Shown piece by piece: positions 38,410 to 48,033 of a DNA stretch of 64,000 nucleotides. The stretch spans positions 5,303-69,302 of the forward strand of contig CAYXPY010000006.1 in NCBI GenBank assembly GCA_964467345.1, written 5' to 3'. Below the pieces are notes generated by a model. That model ran no database searches, was not told the origin of the DNA, and worked only from the letters and a program-made list of their open reading frames with translations. The stretch comes from an uncultured Thermoplasmatales archaeon (GTDB taxonomy: Archaea; Thermoplasmatota; E2; DHVEG-1). A program made the translations under genes and the position numbers. Within the stretch, counting starts at the first letter, position 1. Each line of letters starts with the position of its first letter.

Positions 38410-39320
38410 GATGCGTCCTCTCTTTCCTTTAGATACCGCTGTACCATCATCGCAGCAAACATCCCATCACCAACAGCAATGCCGGTCTGCCGGTATGTTC
38501 CCCGGACCACGTCCCCAGCAAAATACAATCCTGGAAGGGATGTCTGCGGTAACTTGTTACTCTCCGAGTAATACCTCAAGAGACGAGAGGTGAGAAACGG
38601 GAGATTTGGTTCCCGTCCGCAGGCGATGAGAAGATAATCCGCGGACCGTTCGATTCCCTTATCTTGTTGTCTGCATTTCAGCAACAATCCTTTAGAATCA
38701 TGCTGGATTTTCTGTACGACACAACCTACCTGAATGCTTGCCCCCTTGGCTTGGACCTGCCTTTTCAGAATCGGTAAACAGACTGGCTGTGAACGGGACA
38801 GGATAGTAACCTCATGACCCTTCTCTAACAACGTCAACGTATAATCAAAAGCGATGTCTCCTCCACCGATCACACTGATCCTTTTTTTCGTCCTGGATGG
38901 TATTTTCCTTGGCTCGTAGAACAAACGTTTTTCTTCAATGGCAGCGGCACCAGGGATAGATAGTTTCTTAGGCTTGGTTCCTGAAGCGATGATAACCGCG
39001 GAGGAAACAACACGTCCCTTCTTGGTCTGGACAGTGAAAGCATTGTTACTCTGTTCCACACGCTGTACCTCTGATTTTGTAATGGAAACCCCCACCTTGA
39101 ATAGATGCTGGACAAACTGGTCTGCAAGTGTCGTCCCACTGATTCCTTGGGGGAACCCCGGGTAGTTCTCAACAAGGAACGCATGTCTGAGCAGACCACC
39201 AGGCTGCTGACTCTCCAGGACCATGGGGTGTAACCCGGCTCGTTTGAGAAAGATTGCCGCAGCAATCCCTGCAGGACCCGCACCAAGGATGATTACCGGT
39301 GTTTCTTTACCCATGTACAA
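38406..39320 (-). CDS. TrxB-fold NAD(P)/FAD oxidoreductase lacking the CXXC motif
   Basis: GAGPAGIAAA, VENYPGF, IIASGT, IGGGDIA, FAGDV; LFYEP where CATC normally lies. Confidence 0.85.
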   Translation of the reverse strand: MYMGKETPVIILGAGPAGIAAAIFLKRAGLHPMVLESQQPGGLLRHAFLVENYPGFPQGISGTTLADQFVQHLFKVGVSITKSEVQRVEQSNNAFTVQTKKGRVVSSAVIIASGTKPKKLSIPGAAAIEEKRLFYEPRKIPSRTKKRISVIGGGDIAFDYTLTLLEKGHEVTILSRSQPVCLPILKRQVQAKGASIQVGCVVQKIQHDSKGLLLKCRQQDKGIERSADYLLIACGREPNLPFLTSRLLRYYSESNKLPQTSLPGLYFAGDVVRGTYRQTGIAVGDGMFAAMMVQRYLKEREDAS

Positions 39321-39928
39321 AGCTCCTGTGTTGTTGTCAATGTCGCAAAACCATCAGAAAGGTTTGTAAGACTCGCGGTATGGAACCTTTTTTCATCGGA
39401 TGCGGTCGCATCGGTGACGAAGAACACGTCATACCCTCGCATGAACGCGTCCCGTGCCGTGGTCTCACAGCACAGATGTGTCAAGACCCCGGTGATGACA
39501 AGACTGCTCACCTGCTGGTCCTTTAGGAAAGACTCAAGATTGGTTTGAAAGAAGGCGCTGTACTGTGTTTTCCTGATCACTGGCTCTGTTGGAAGCGGCT
39601 GAAGGGACTCGATGAGCGATGCCATGGCTTGGTCATCATAAAGAACGTCTCTCCACCAGCGACCCATTGTCCCTGTTTGTTCTGTTCGAAGCAGCGCGTA
39701 ACGGGTGAAGATCACAGGACGTTGTTCCCCTCGGTACGTCGTGATGAGTTTTTGGATGTTAGGTACTATCCGAGCCGCTTCTTTGAAATAAGCATGGGAC
39801 TGTGGATTGCAGAAATACTGTTGCATGTCGATGACAAGTAAGGCTGAAGATTCCGGGTGAAAAACAGTGGTTCTCCGTTGATGAGGATGCCCTTTTTTTC
39901 TCCCTAACGTCTTTTTTTTTGTTGTCAT
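39293..39928 (-). CDS. Isochorismatase-family cysteine hydrolase
   Basis: Catalytic triad contexts VIDMQ (Asp), IRKTQYSAF (Lys), THLCCETTARDA (Cys). Confidence 0.9.
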   Translation of the reverse strand: MTTKKKTLGRKKGHPHQRRTTVFHPESSALLVIDMQQYFCNPQSHAYFKEAARIVPNIQKLITTYRGEQRPVIFTRYALLRTEQTGTMGRWWRDVLYDDQAMASLIESLQPLPTEPVIRKTQYSAFFQTNLESFLKDQQVSSLVITGVLTHLCCETTARDAFMRGYDVFFVTDATASDEKRFHTASLTNLSDGFATLTTTQELCTWVKKHR

Positions 39929-40116
39929 TTCTCTTCCGCCTCAATACCCTGTCTTGTTTCCTGGTTTGCGAGGCTGGAAACATAAAAAAAACACTGCCTC
40001 ATTCTCTAGGGACACATATCATCGGTGGTAAAAAAAGCTAATGCTTTGGATAAACTGCTTTACGCAGGGGGAACGGTTAAATAAAAACATGGTGATTTCA
40101 TCGGTGAGATGATAGG

Positions 40117-40737
40117 ATGGCTATTGAACAACTGCGAGTTGGGTTTGACAATTTCAGTTATGTGATCTATTGTCCCGTTCAGAAAAAAGCAGCGATTGTC
40201 GACCCTGGGTTTGATGCAAAAAAACTCATGCAATTTCTAAAAGAGAACCATCTTAGTCTGGAGTTTGTCATCCTTACCCATTACCATAGTGATCATTGCG
40301 CTGAACTTCCCTCTCTGAAAAAGATAACCCCGACCGCACAGGTAGTGGCTTCAAAGGAGGATGGACAGAGACTTCCTGTACCACCGGATGTTGTCGTCTC
40401 GGATGGAAACATGCTGTTGCTTGGGACAGTCCGTCTTTCTTTTTTAGCCACCCCAGGTCATACTCCTGGTGGGATTTGCATTATTGTTGGTGATGAGGCG
40501 GTAGTGACGGGAGATACGTTGTTTATCGGGGATTGTGGCAGGACTGATCTTGCTGGCGGGAGTCTTGAGCAGATGTTTCGCAGCCTCCAGGAGAAGATAC
40601 TCCCCCTCTCAGATGAATTGGTTGTGTATCCTGGTCATGATTATGGAGCGGTACCGTTTGACACCCTTGGTCATCAGAAACGTACAAACAAGACTTTACT
40701 AGCGAAAAATCTCAAGGAGTTTTCACTGATACCATAA
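40117..40737 (+). CDS. MBL-fold metallo-hydrolase (glyoxalase II-like)
   Basis: THYHSDH, TPGHTPG, TGDTLF, YPGHDYG. Confidence 0.92.
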   Translation: MAIEQLRVGFDNFSYVIYCPVQKKAAIVDPGFDAKKLMQFLKENHLSLEFVILTHYHSDHCAELPSLKKITPTAQVVASKEDGQRLPVPPDVVVSDGNMLLLGTVRLSFLATPGHTPGGICIIVGDEAVVTGDTLFIGDCGRTDLAGGSLEQMFRSLQEKILPLSDELVVYPGHDYGAVPFDTLGHQKRTNKTLLAKNLKEFSLIP

Positions 40738-40810
40738 TCATCCATATCTAATCATGTGTTTTTTTCTTTTATAATACCCTGTCATGACTTTTGTTTAGTA
40801 CGATAGAAAA

Positions 40811-40835
40811 GTTAATTAACAATCGTTAATTAACG
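40811..40835. promoter_or_regulatory. Tandem palindromes GTTAATTAAC x2 (14-bp period) upstream of the DUF362 gene
   Basis: GTTAATTAAC-AATC-GTTAATTAAC; the second copy extends to CGTTAATTAACG. Confidence 0.45.
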
Positions 40836-40944
40836 TAAAGTTCAAACAAAAACATAGAATACCAGTCTTCATCTCCACCCAAAGAACAACCACATAAGAA
40901 AAAGTACTACCTGCTCCCCTAATACTCTCCACCACGGAGTCGAT

Positions 40945-42045
40945 GTGAAAGAAATGGACCAAAAAAACGAATCAACAACCTCTCGTGTCAGTATTCAAAA
41001 AAGCAGCTACGAGAACATCAATATCCACACACTTTTAGAACCGTTTGGTGGGATGAAACACTTCATCAAAAAAGGAGACCGCGTCCTTTTAAAAACAAAC
41101 CTCCTCATCCCAAGCGACCCGAAAAAAGCAGTCGTGACCCATCCTGCGGTCATCAAAGCGATCGCACAGAGCGTTATAACAGAAGGTGGCGTTCCTTTCA
41201 TCGGTGACTCCCCCTCAGGTCCATTCACGAAAAGACGACTGGAAAAAGCGTATCAGAAATCAGGATTGGTCTCCGTAGCAAAAGATCTTGGAATCGACCT
41301 GAACTATGATACAAAAATTACGAAAATCACTATCCCGCAGGGGCGGAAATTAAAGAAAACAGTGTTCTGCAACTATGCTTTGCACGCGGAGAAGATTATC
41401 GCGGTTCCAAAGATAAAGACCCATTCATACATGATTATGACCCTGGCGACCAAGATAATGTATGGTGCAATACCCGGGTTGACCAAAGCAAAGTATCATT
41501 CTCGTTTCATCAGAAGAACCGCGTTTGCAGATATGCTCCTTGATGTGCTCTCTGTGAGAAGACCAGACCTCATCATCATGGATGGCGTGGTCGGTATGCA
41601 AGGAGACGGTCCCTCAGGTGGCACCCCTATCGAACTTGGTTTGCTGCTGGCCTCAGAAGATGCAGTCGCACTGGACCTTACCGTCCTTGACTTTCTTGGA
41701 ATAGAACCGGTCCGTATTCCCACACTTCGGCAAGCGAAAATCAGACGCCTCTGGCCATCCCAAATAGAGTACCCCCTGCTTTCACCCGAAAACGTCCGTT
41801 ACGAGGGTTTCCAGTTACCTTCCAGTGCACACTTTCTGATGTCTGCAACAAAGAATCATCAACGGCCACGACCAACAGAGAAATGCACTGCCTGCGGTGA
41901 CTGTGTAAAGATTTGCCCAAAGCAGGCCATCCAGATCAGAAACAATCGTGCGGTCATTGATTACACAAAATGCATTGCTTGTTACTGTTGCCACGAGGTC
42001 TGCCCCTACGAGGCACTCACACTAGAATCCAGAAAACAACAATGA
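40945..42045 (+). CDS. DUF362 domain protein with a C-terminal 2x[4Fe-4S] ferredoxin domain
   Basis: GDRVLLKTNL, VTHP, PKIKTH, IMDGVVGMQGDGPSGG; CTACGDCVKICP and CIACYCCHEVCP. Confidence 0.9.
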   Translation: MKEMDQKNESTTSRVSIQKSSYENINIHTLLEPFGGMKHFIKKGDRVLLKTNLLIPSDPKKAVVTHPAVIKAIAQSVITEGGVPFIGDSPSGPFTKRRLEKAYQKSGLVSVAKDLGIDLNYDTKITKITIPQGRKLKKTVFCNYALHAEKIIAVPKIKTHSYMIMTLATKIMYGAIPGLTKAKYHSRFIRRTAFADMLLDVLSVRRPDLIIMDGVVGMQGDGPSGGTPIELGLLLASEDAVALDLTVLDFLGIEPVRIPTLRQAKIRRLWPSQIEYPLLSPENVRYEGFQLPSSAHFLMSATKNHQRPRPTEKCTACGDCVKICPKQAIQIRNNRAVIDYTKCIACYCCHEVCPYEALTLESRKQQ

Positions 42046-42084
42046 ATTCCTTTTTTTATACGACCCGTACCAAAGATTTTTTTG

Positions 42085-43452
42085 TTACACCTCATGGAGA
42101 TTTCCCAGGGTCCTTAAGATTAATTCAGGGAGCGCTGGATGGATATGCATCCCATGGGAGACAAAGGCAATGTTTCCTGCCAATGCCATCGTATTGATTA
42201 CTTCCTGAATCAGAATTGATGCATACGGACCGATGATATGGAACCCAAGGATCTTCCCGGTGTGTTTCTCGATAATGGCTTTCGCAAAACCATCCTGTTC
42301 CATCATCGCCTCGCCTTTCGCTACATCAGAATAGCGTGCGGTGCCGACAAGAATCTCAAAGCCTTTCCTTGCTTCCTCCTCTGTTAAGCCAACAGCTGCA
42401 ATCTCCGGATGGGTAAAGACCGCGTAGGGAACCACTTGGTAGTCCAGTTTTGTTTTCTTCTCATGGAACGCGTTCTTCCAGGCGATTATCGCCTCCTCGT
42501 TTGCCACATGTTTAAACATAGCTTTTCCAATCGCATCCCCAAACGCCCAAATGTTCTTCTTGCTAGTCTCAAGGTACTCATTGACCTTGATATACCCTCG
42601 TGCATCGGTTTGGACTCCCGTATTTTCGACTTTAAGCAAATCTGCGTTAGATTTCCTTCCTGCTGCAACGAAAATCTTCTCAGCAGCGATAGTGATTTCT
42701 TTCCCTGAACTGCTCTCTTTCCCTCGTACAACATACTCATTTCCTTTCTTTTGTATCTCGAAGACCTCGGTGTTCAGGAAAATCTGCATACGTTTAGCTA
42801 ATTGTTCCTTCAACACCTCTGAGATTTCCGGCTCGGTGTTGGGTAGTAACCTGGCACCCCGCTGAAAAACGGTAACCTTCGTCCCAACCGCGGAGAAGAA
42901 ATGAGCAAACTCCATAGCGATATATCCACCTCCGATGATGACTAGACTTCGTGGTTGATCTTGTAAGGAGAACACATTCTCATTCGTCAGATACGGAACA
43001 GACTCGAGGCCTTTTACCGCAGGAATAAGTGGTCGTGCACCAGAACCAAGAAAAATTTTTTCACCCGTAATCTCCTCACCGGACACCTGCAATACATAGT
43101 CTTTTATGAAAGAACCAGTATCGTGATAGTAATCAAGGTTCTCTGACTGGGTAATCCCCTGTTCCATCGCTTGATGGCTCTCTTGAATGGGTTGTTGGAT
43201 GCGTCTCATAATCGCCTGAAAATCAATCTCTTTGATTTCTGCGGTTATCCCCAGTTTTTTTGCTTCCAGTATCTCCATGATTCTGTCTGCTGGATGGATG
43301 ATCATCTTAGAAGGGATGCAGCCTACGTTAAGGCATGTTCCACCCAAAGGTCCCCTATCCACCCAGGCAACCTTCTTACCATGGGAGAGCGCTGCATCAA
43401 CAATCTCCCCACCAGACCCACTCCCCACTACGATGACATCATATTTTTTCAT
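42085..43452 (-). CDS. Class I pyridine nucleotide-disulfide oxidoreductase (dihydrolipoamide dehydrogenase/mycothione reductase-like)
   Basis: GSGSGG, GGTCLNVGCIP, IIGGGYIAME, GDAIG, HIHPALPE. Confidence 0.9.
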   Translation of the reverse strand: MKKYDVIVVGSGSGGEIVDAALSHGKKVAWVDRGPLGGTCLNVGCIPSKMIIHPADRIMEILEAKKLGITAEIKEIDFQAIMRRIQQPIQESHQAMEQGITQSENLDYYHDTGSFIKDYVLQVSGEEITGEKIFLGSGARPLIPAVKGLESVPYLTNENVFSLQDQPRSLVIIGGGYIAMEFAHFFSAVGTKVTVFQRGARLLPNTEPEISEVLKEQLAKRMQIFLNTEVFEIQKKGNEYVVRGKESSSGKEITIAAEKIFVAAGRKSNADLLKVENTGVQTDARGYIKVNEYLETSKKNIWAFGDAIGKAMFKHVANEEAIIAWKNAFHEKKTKLDYQVVPYAVFTHPEIAAVGLTEEEARKGFEILVGTARYSDVAKGEAMMEQDGFAKAIIEKHTGKILGFHIIGPYASILIQEVINTMALAGNIAFVSHGMHIHPALPELILRTLGNLHEV

Positions 43453-44001
43453 CTACTCATTCTCCATTCTATCTTTTTCATTTATCATTTTTATTTTCAC
43501 CGCGACTTCATTTCTTCGTAAAAAACCAGGGGTGAATGGGCTGTTGTAACGCATCAAGACCGGTTCTGCGTTCATCTGCATTGCTTGTTCTTGCAGCAGA
43601 GTTTTTAGTTTCTGAATATTTCTTTCCACTAAAGCTTGTGTCGTACGACCACTAAAGCGAAGTACTGCCATGTCTTTTTCTGGTTCTACCACAATGGTCA
43701 CGGCAGGATTGGTTGGCTGGGGGGCCGTTTCCTTTTTATAGAATGCTGGAAGGACAAAAGCCATGGAATTTTTTCCTGTAACCACTGGTGTGGTCATGGG
43801 AATTCGTTCAGAGGTTATCACTGGAGCAGTCATTGCTATTTTCTGCTGTTTTTTATTTTCACCACTGATGTATTGAAAAAGAAGACCAAAACCAGAATCG
43901 TCCCTATTGTTCATGACCTTGGCAAGGATTACTTCAGGGTACCGGCGAATCTCAAGTTGTCCGATTTTTTTAACCAGCGTATAGGGCATTTCTTGTGTCA
44001 T
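43453..44001 (-). CDS. SOUL heme-binding protein
   Basis: EIRRYP, GFGLLFQYISGEN, KIAMTAPV, MAFVLP, RYNSPFTPGFLRRNEV. Confidence 0.9.
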   Translation of the reverse strand: MTQEMPYTLVKKIGQLEIRRYPEVILAKVMNNRDDSGFGLLFQYISGENKKQQKIAMTAPVITSERIPMTTPVVTGKNSMAFVLPAFYKKETAPQPTNPAVTIVVEPEKDMAVLRFSGRTTQALVERNIQKLKTLLQEQAMQMNAEPVLMRYNSPFTPGFLRRNEVAVKIKMINEKDRMENE

Positions 44002-44041
44002 CGATTGAATTGAATAATTTTCTGATATATATGGCTGTGGT

Positions 44042-45271
44042 TTACGGGAAAATCAAATGAGGACTAATGGTCGCATCGATCGAAACAGGGATTGACTGAT
44101 TTACTCCTGCGATTGAGAAATTCCCTTGGAGCCTGATAACAAACCAGTCCGGGAAGAGTTTCCCGGTCCCTGCGGTAACCATCTTCAGATACGGAAGCAG
44201 AATCTGAGTTTCAAGGAAATCCTGCCGTTCTGGCTCAAGCGTGGAGGCTTCCATGGGTTTTTGAGCGATTAATTTTTCATTTTTCCCAGTCAATCCATAG
44301 ATGCTACACATGAGGTCATGGGCTTGTAAGGGGATTTTGCTTGGATTATACAGTGCTAATCCTATGGTTGTCAGAAACCCGCGAAGACGTATCTTGGCTT
44401 CAAGAGAAAGGGTAATTCCTAATGACTCGTTCTGGAAGAGTAGTTCTTTGATATCGGGGATGAAGAGTTGAGCTGTCGCTGAGAGCGGTATGGTTTTATC
44501 GATGCCCATGAGATGTACCCCGGCGTTTCCTGTGATGATAAGGTTCAACGTCTTCGCATTTAAGGCTTCATAGAAGAGAGAGCCATTGAGATGGAACTCC
44601 GTGTTTCCTTTTGGGACGATGGTCCCCTGTATTTGAGAAATTTCTCCCACAAGGTCTCCTGTTTCTGTTTCGACCCGGACTGTGAAATTCTCCAGTGACA
44701 TTTCAAAAAGGTTCGGGTTGTTCACCCCTACACTTCCTTGGAACAGTATGCCCGTTTCGGTTATCTCTGTGACTTCTGCTCTGATGCTGAGTGCTGGTGA
44801 TGAGATATTCTTAAAGAGGTCCTGGAATGAGGCAGTGATATTGATGTGGAACGGGATGGTTTTTTCAAAAATACCAGCGAAGTTCAATCCGAATATCCCC
44901 TGGATAGAGCTATAGATTTTCGAGGAGAGATCCCCTGAAAAGGCAAGGGTTTCATTGGTCGTAAACACTCGCCGTTGTCTTGCGGGTATTGAACCTCCGG
45001 CGAAACGCACATCCAAGATTACGTCCCCGTCAGGTGTCCTTCCTATGATGTTGAGGTTTTTGATGACTAAATCATACTGATTATTGTTTGTCATGGAGAT
45101 TTTTGCTGTGAATCGTAGGTCATCGGTGGTTATCTGTGAAAGATTGAACTCCACATCGATTTTAGGTTCTCTGATGTCCTGGACAAAAAAGACAAGTACT
45201 CCTCCGATGACTACATTTATAATGATAAGGATACCAAGCAGAAGAACACCCAGGGAGATTTTTCTTTCCAT
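44042..45271 (-). CDS. Membrane-anchored protein with repeated LEA_2-like domains
   Basis: N-terminal TM; three repeats of the I-x-N-x-N/N-P-N-x-F pattern. Confidence 0.7.
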   Translation of the reverse strand: MERKISLGVLLLGILIIINVVIGGVLVFFVQDIREPKIDVEFNLSQITTDDLRFTAKISMTNNNQYDLVIKNLNIIGRTPDGDVILDVRFAGGSIPARQRRVFTTNETLAFSGDLSSKIYSSIQGIFGLNFAGIFEKTIPFHINITASFQDLFKNISSPALSIRAEVTEITETGILFQGSVGVNNPNLFEMSLENFTVRVETETGDLVGEISQIQGTIVPKGNTEFHLNGSLFYEALNAKTLNLIITGNAGVHLMGIDKTIPLSATAQLFIPDIKELLFQNESLGITLSLEAKIRLRGFLTTIGLALYNPSKIPLQAHDLMCSIYGLTGKNEKLIAQKPMEASTLEPERQDFLETQILLPYLKMVTAGTGKLFPDWFVIRLQGNFSIAGVNQSIPVSIDATISPHLIFP

Positions 45272-45416
45272 ATCCGTTCCAACACGATAACGATTTTTAA
45301 AGAAGTATACAATATATTATAGAGGTTCATATATAATATTTATGATGCTTATTTTTTCTTCTCCAGAGCCAAAAAGTATATAACAGAGTGTGAATTTTGG
45401 CTGCTGAGGTTTTTCT

Positions 45417-45896
45417 GTGCTCGATACAACACTTCTCATCGTCTATCTCGTCGTCATGCTACTGACGTTTCTATTCATGGAAGCAGTCGCGTGGTTCCTT
45501 CACAAATACGTCATGCATGGGTTTGGATGGTTCCTCCATGAAGATCATCATCGATATACAAAGAAACGTTTTGAAAAAAACGATGTCTTTGGGTTGTTCT
45601 TCGCAGGACTTTCAATCATTCTCATTTTCACCGGCTTCTTTGGAGGCTTTGATATACGCTTCTTCCTTGGTATTGGTGTTGCGATGTACGGTGCTGGGTA
45701 TTTCTTGGTACATGATATTTTCTTCCACCGGCGTGTAAAAATAAAATACCGACCGAAAAGCAAGTACATCAAACGCGTCTTACATGCCCATTCTGTCCAT
45801 CATCAAAAAAGCAAAGCACATGAAGGGATCTGCTTTGGATTTCTCTACGCAAGTAGGCAGTATGTGTTGCCTACGGAGAATTCAGCGTCAAACTGA
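45417..45896 (+). CDS. crtZ: Beta-carotene hydroxylase (CrtZ, fatty acid hydroxylase superfamily)
   Basis: MEAVAWFLHKYVMHGFGWFLHEDHH, FEKNDVF, YFLVHDIFFHRR, HAHSVHH, CFGFL. Confidence 0.92.
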   Translation: MLDTTLLIVYLVVMLLTFLFMEAVAWFLHKYVMHGFGWFLHEDHHRYTKKRFEKNDVFGLFFAGLSIILIFTGFFGGFDIRFFLGIGVAMYGAGYFLVHDIFFHRRVKIKYRPKSKYIKRVLHAHSVHHQKSKAHEGICFGFLYASRQYVLPTENSASN

Positions 45897-45921
45897 TTGG
45901 ATGTCTCCGTTCTTCTCTTTC

Positions 45922-46275
45922 TTAGACTGTGATTGATTTGGTTAGTTTTCCAAACAAACTGCAATATGCAGTGACTGTCAGTTCGTCACCACTTATCGCA
46001 GTGACATTATAATTATAGCGGAAAAAGAATAACCGTTGTTGATTCGTATAGGATTCACTAGTATACAGCTCCCCATTTTTTTCAACGTCAACCTTATACA
46101 CATAATGGACTTTGGGGGCTAGCGAAAAATGCAGGATTAAGACCTGCAGGGTGTCAGGTTCATAGTCGAGTCTCATGTACCGTGGGTTATGGGCGGCTGC
46201 CTGCATGCTTACCATCAGTGCTCCGATGAGAAGCATGATCACAAACAACGTATACGTTCTATACTTCATATTCAC
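45922..46275 (-). CDS. Small secreted hypothetical protein
   Basis: Signal peptide followed by AHNP; KVHYV...AYCSLFG; starts 6 nt downstream of the GSDH-like stop. Confidence 0.7.
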   Translation of the reverse strand: MNMKYRTYTLFVIMLLIGALMVSMQAAAHNPRYMRLDYEPDTLQVLILHFSLAPKVHYVYKVDVEKNGELYTSESYTNQQRLFFFRYNYNVTAISGDELTVTAYCSLFGKLTKSITV

Positions 46276-46281
46276 ATTCTC

Positions 46282-47856
46282 CTATTCAACCGTTAGATGC
46301 CAAATCTCCCCGGATCGTAAGAAGGATCCAATAAAACGTGTCGTCACCACATAGATCTCCCCGTTTTCATCCTCCCCGAAACCAAAGACGAACCGTTTCA
46401 AAGGTTTCTCATTTGCCAAAGAGAATTCGAATCGTTCCCATACGCCTGGCTCGATCTCAGCGAGATAATACAGCTTCCCATCAGGTTTTGTAAACTGTGT
46501 GCTCCAGTCGCCGAACACATATAATCCTATGAGCGACGATGACTGGGTGCCTCTATAGACATACCCCCCGATGATCGAACGTCCTACGAAATGACTGTAC
46601 TCATGGATCGGAGGCTTAAGCGTCTCGATACTGATGTTCAGATATTCCGCTAACTCCGGGTCATAGGGATGTGTCCCCTCAAGGATCCGCCATCCATAGT
46701 TCCCTCCGCTTTCCACGATATCGATTTCTTCCCATTCGTCCTGGCCTACGTCTGCGACATACAGCGCTCCAGTGAGCTGATCAAATGAGAATCGATATGG
46801 GTTGCGGAAACCATATGCGTAGATTTCGTCAAGGCCCTGGGTTCCGACGAAAGGATTGTCTGGTGGAATCGCATATGGTGTGTCTCCATCAACATCAATT
46901 CGAAGGATTTTACCAAGGAGCGTACTGGTATTCTGTCCGTTCCCGATGTCTCCATGCAGATCACCAGCTCCACCACCATCGCCCACCCCGATATACAAGT
47001 ATCCATCTGGTCCGAATGCCAGCTGACCACCGTTATGGTTTGCCTCTGGTTGGTCGATACGAAGGATGATGTTCTCCGAAGACGGGTCCGCGATGTTGGG
47101 ATCCTCAGCTGAGACCGTGTACTCTGCGATGATACTTTCATGGTCTACCCCTTCTGCGGTTTTTGGTCCACTGTAGTATACGAAGAACCGACCGTTGGTC
47201 TCATACTCTGGATGAAACGCAAGACCAAGCAGCCCTCGTTCATCATAGAGTAAGTTGAGCTTGACCATCTTGCTTGTCAGATCTAAAAAAGGTGGCGAAA
47301 CCTGGATTTCCCCGTCGTCAATGACATAGATGATCCCGGGTTGGTCTGCCACAAAGAGACGGTTTGTTCCATCTCCTGCGACGGTAAGCATTGTTGGCGC
47401 CTTCATGCCCGCGGCAACCAATTCTACTGTCGCGGTTAGTGCGTTGCTATCACCAGGGATAAGCTGGGTAAATAGACCACGCAGACGTGCCCGAATGGTT
47501 CTTACATCCTCGATACCTTCTGATGCATTTGCGGTGACCGTAATAGTTGTCTTCCCAAAACCAAACACAAAGGGGACTTTGATTCCCACCACGTTTCCTG
47601 GGCGTATTAAGGAAATCGCCCCTTCTGTTTTTTTACCAAAAACTATAAGACCACCATCAAGGTCGATATTCCAGGATATATTCGTCAAATTCACTATTCC
47701 CTGGTTACGGATCACAGCCTGGATACCCAGACCTCCCGTGATAGCCTCTACTTCAATGGCTAGCGATGGTAAAGAACTCACCTCTCTTCTGTCGTCTATG
47801 TGTAAACCAGTTGCATATAGACTTGGGGCTAAGAGCAATAAACAGCTTACGATCAC
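46282..47856 (-). CDS. Secreted PQQ-dependent sugar dehydrogenase-like (GSDH) beta-propeller with an N-terminal Ig-like domain
   Basis: ERGLLGLAFHP, NHNGGQLAFGPDGYLYIGVGDGG, GKILRIDVD, AYGFRNPYRFSFD, GGNYGW. Confidence 0.88.
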   Translation of the reverse strand: MIVSCLLLLAPSLYATGLHIDDRREVSSLPSLAIEVEAITGGLGIQAVIRNQGIVNLTNISWNIDLDGGLIVFGKKTEGAISLIRPGNVVGIKVPFVFGFGKTTITVTANASEGIEDVRTIRARLRGLFTQLIPGDSNALTATVELVAAGMKAPTMLTVAGDGTNRLFVADQPGIIYVIDDGEIQVSPPFLDLTSKMVKLNLLYDERGLLGLAFHPEYETNGRFFVYYSGPKTAEGVDHESIIAEYTVSAEDPNIADPSSENIILRIDQPEANHNGGQLAFGPDGYLYIGVGDGGGAGDLHGDIGNGQNTSTLLGKILRIDVDGDTPYAIPPDNPFVGTQGLDEIYAYGFRNPYRFSFDQLTGALYVADVGQDEWEEIDIVESGGNYGWRILEGTHPYDPELAEYLNISIETLKPPIHEYSHFVGRSIIGGYVYRGTQSSSLIGLYVFGDWSTQFTKPDGKLYYLAEIEPGVWERFEFSLANEKPLKRFVFGFGEDENGEIYVVTTRFIGSFLRSGEIWHLTVE

Positions 47857-48033
47857 AATATTTTTTCTTCGAATAATATAACCTCCTTCAATTGGTCATT
47901 ACATAGATAAGAAATACCATATAAAGATTGTGGTTAGACAAATAAATAAAAAAAATGAAATTTATTTTCGATAACCTCAACATTTAAATACCAAAGAACT
48001 TTTGTAAACATGTAATCCCGGGGAGTCATCGTA

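Noticed and set aside
38406-39320. Canonical thioredoxin reductase
   Set aside because: The redox-active CXXC is absent.
42085-43452. Mercuric reductase MerA linked to the arsenic cluster
   Set aside because: No C-terminal Cys-Cys pair and no HMA domain; the HPxxxE ending fits the LpdA/mycothione reductase type.
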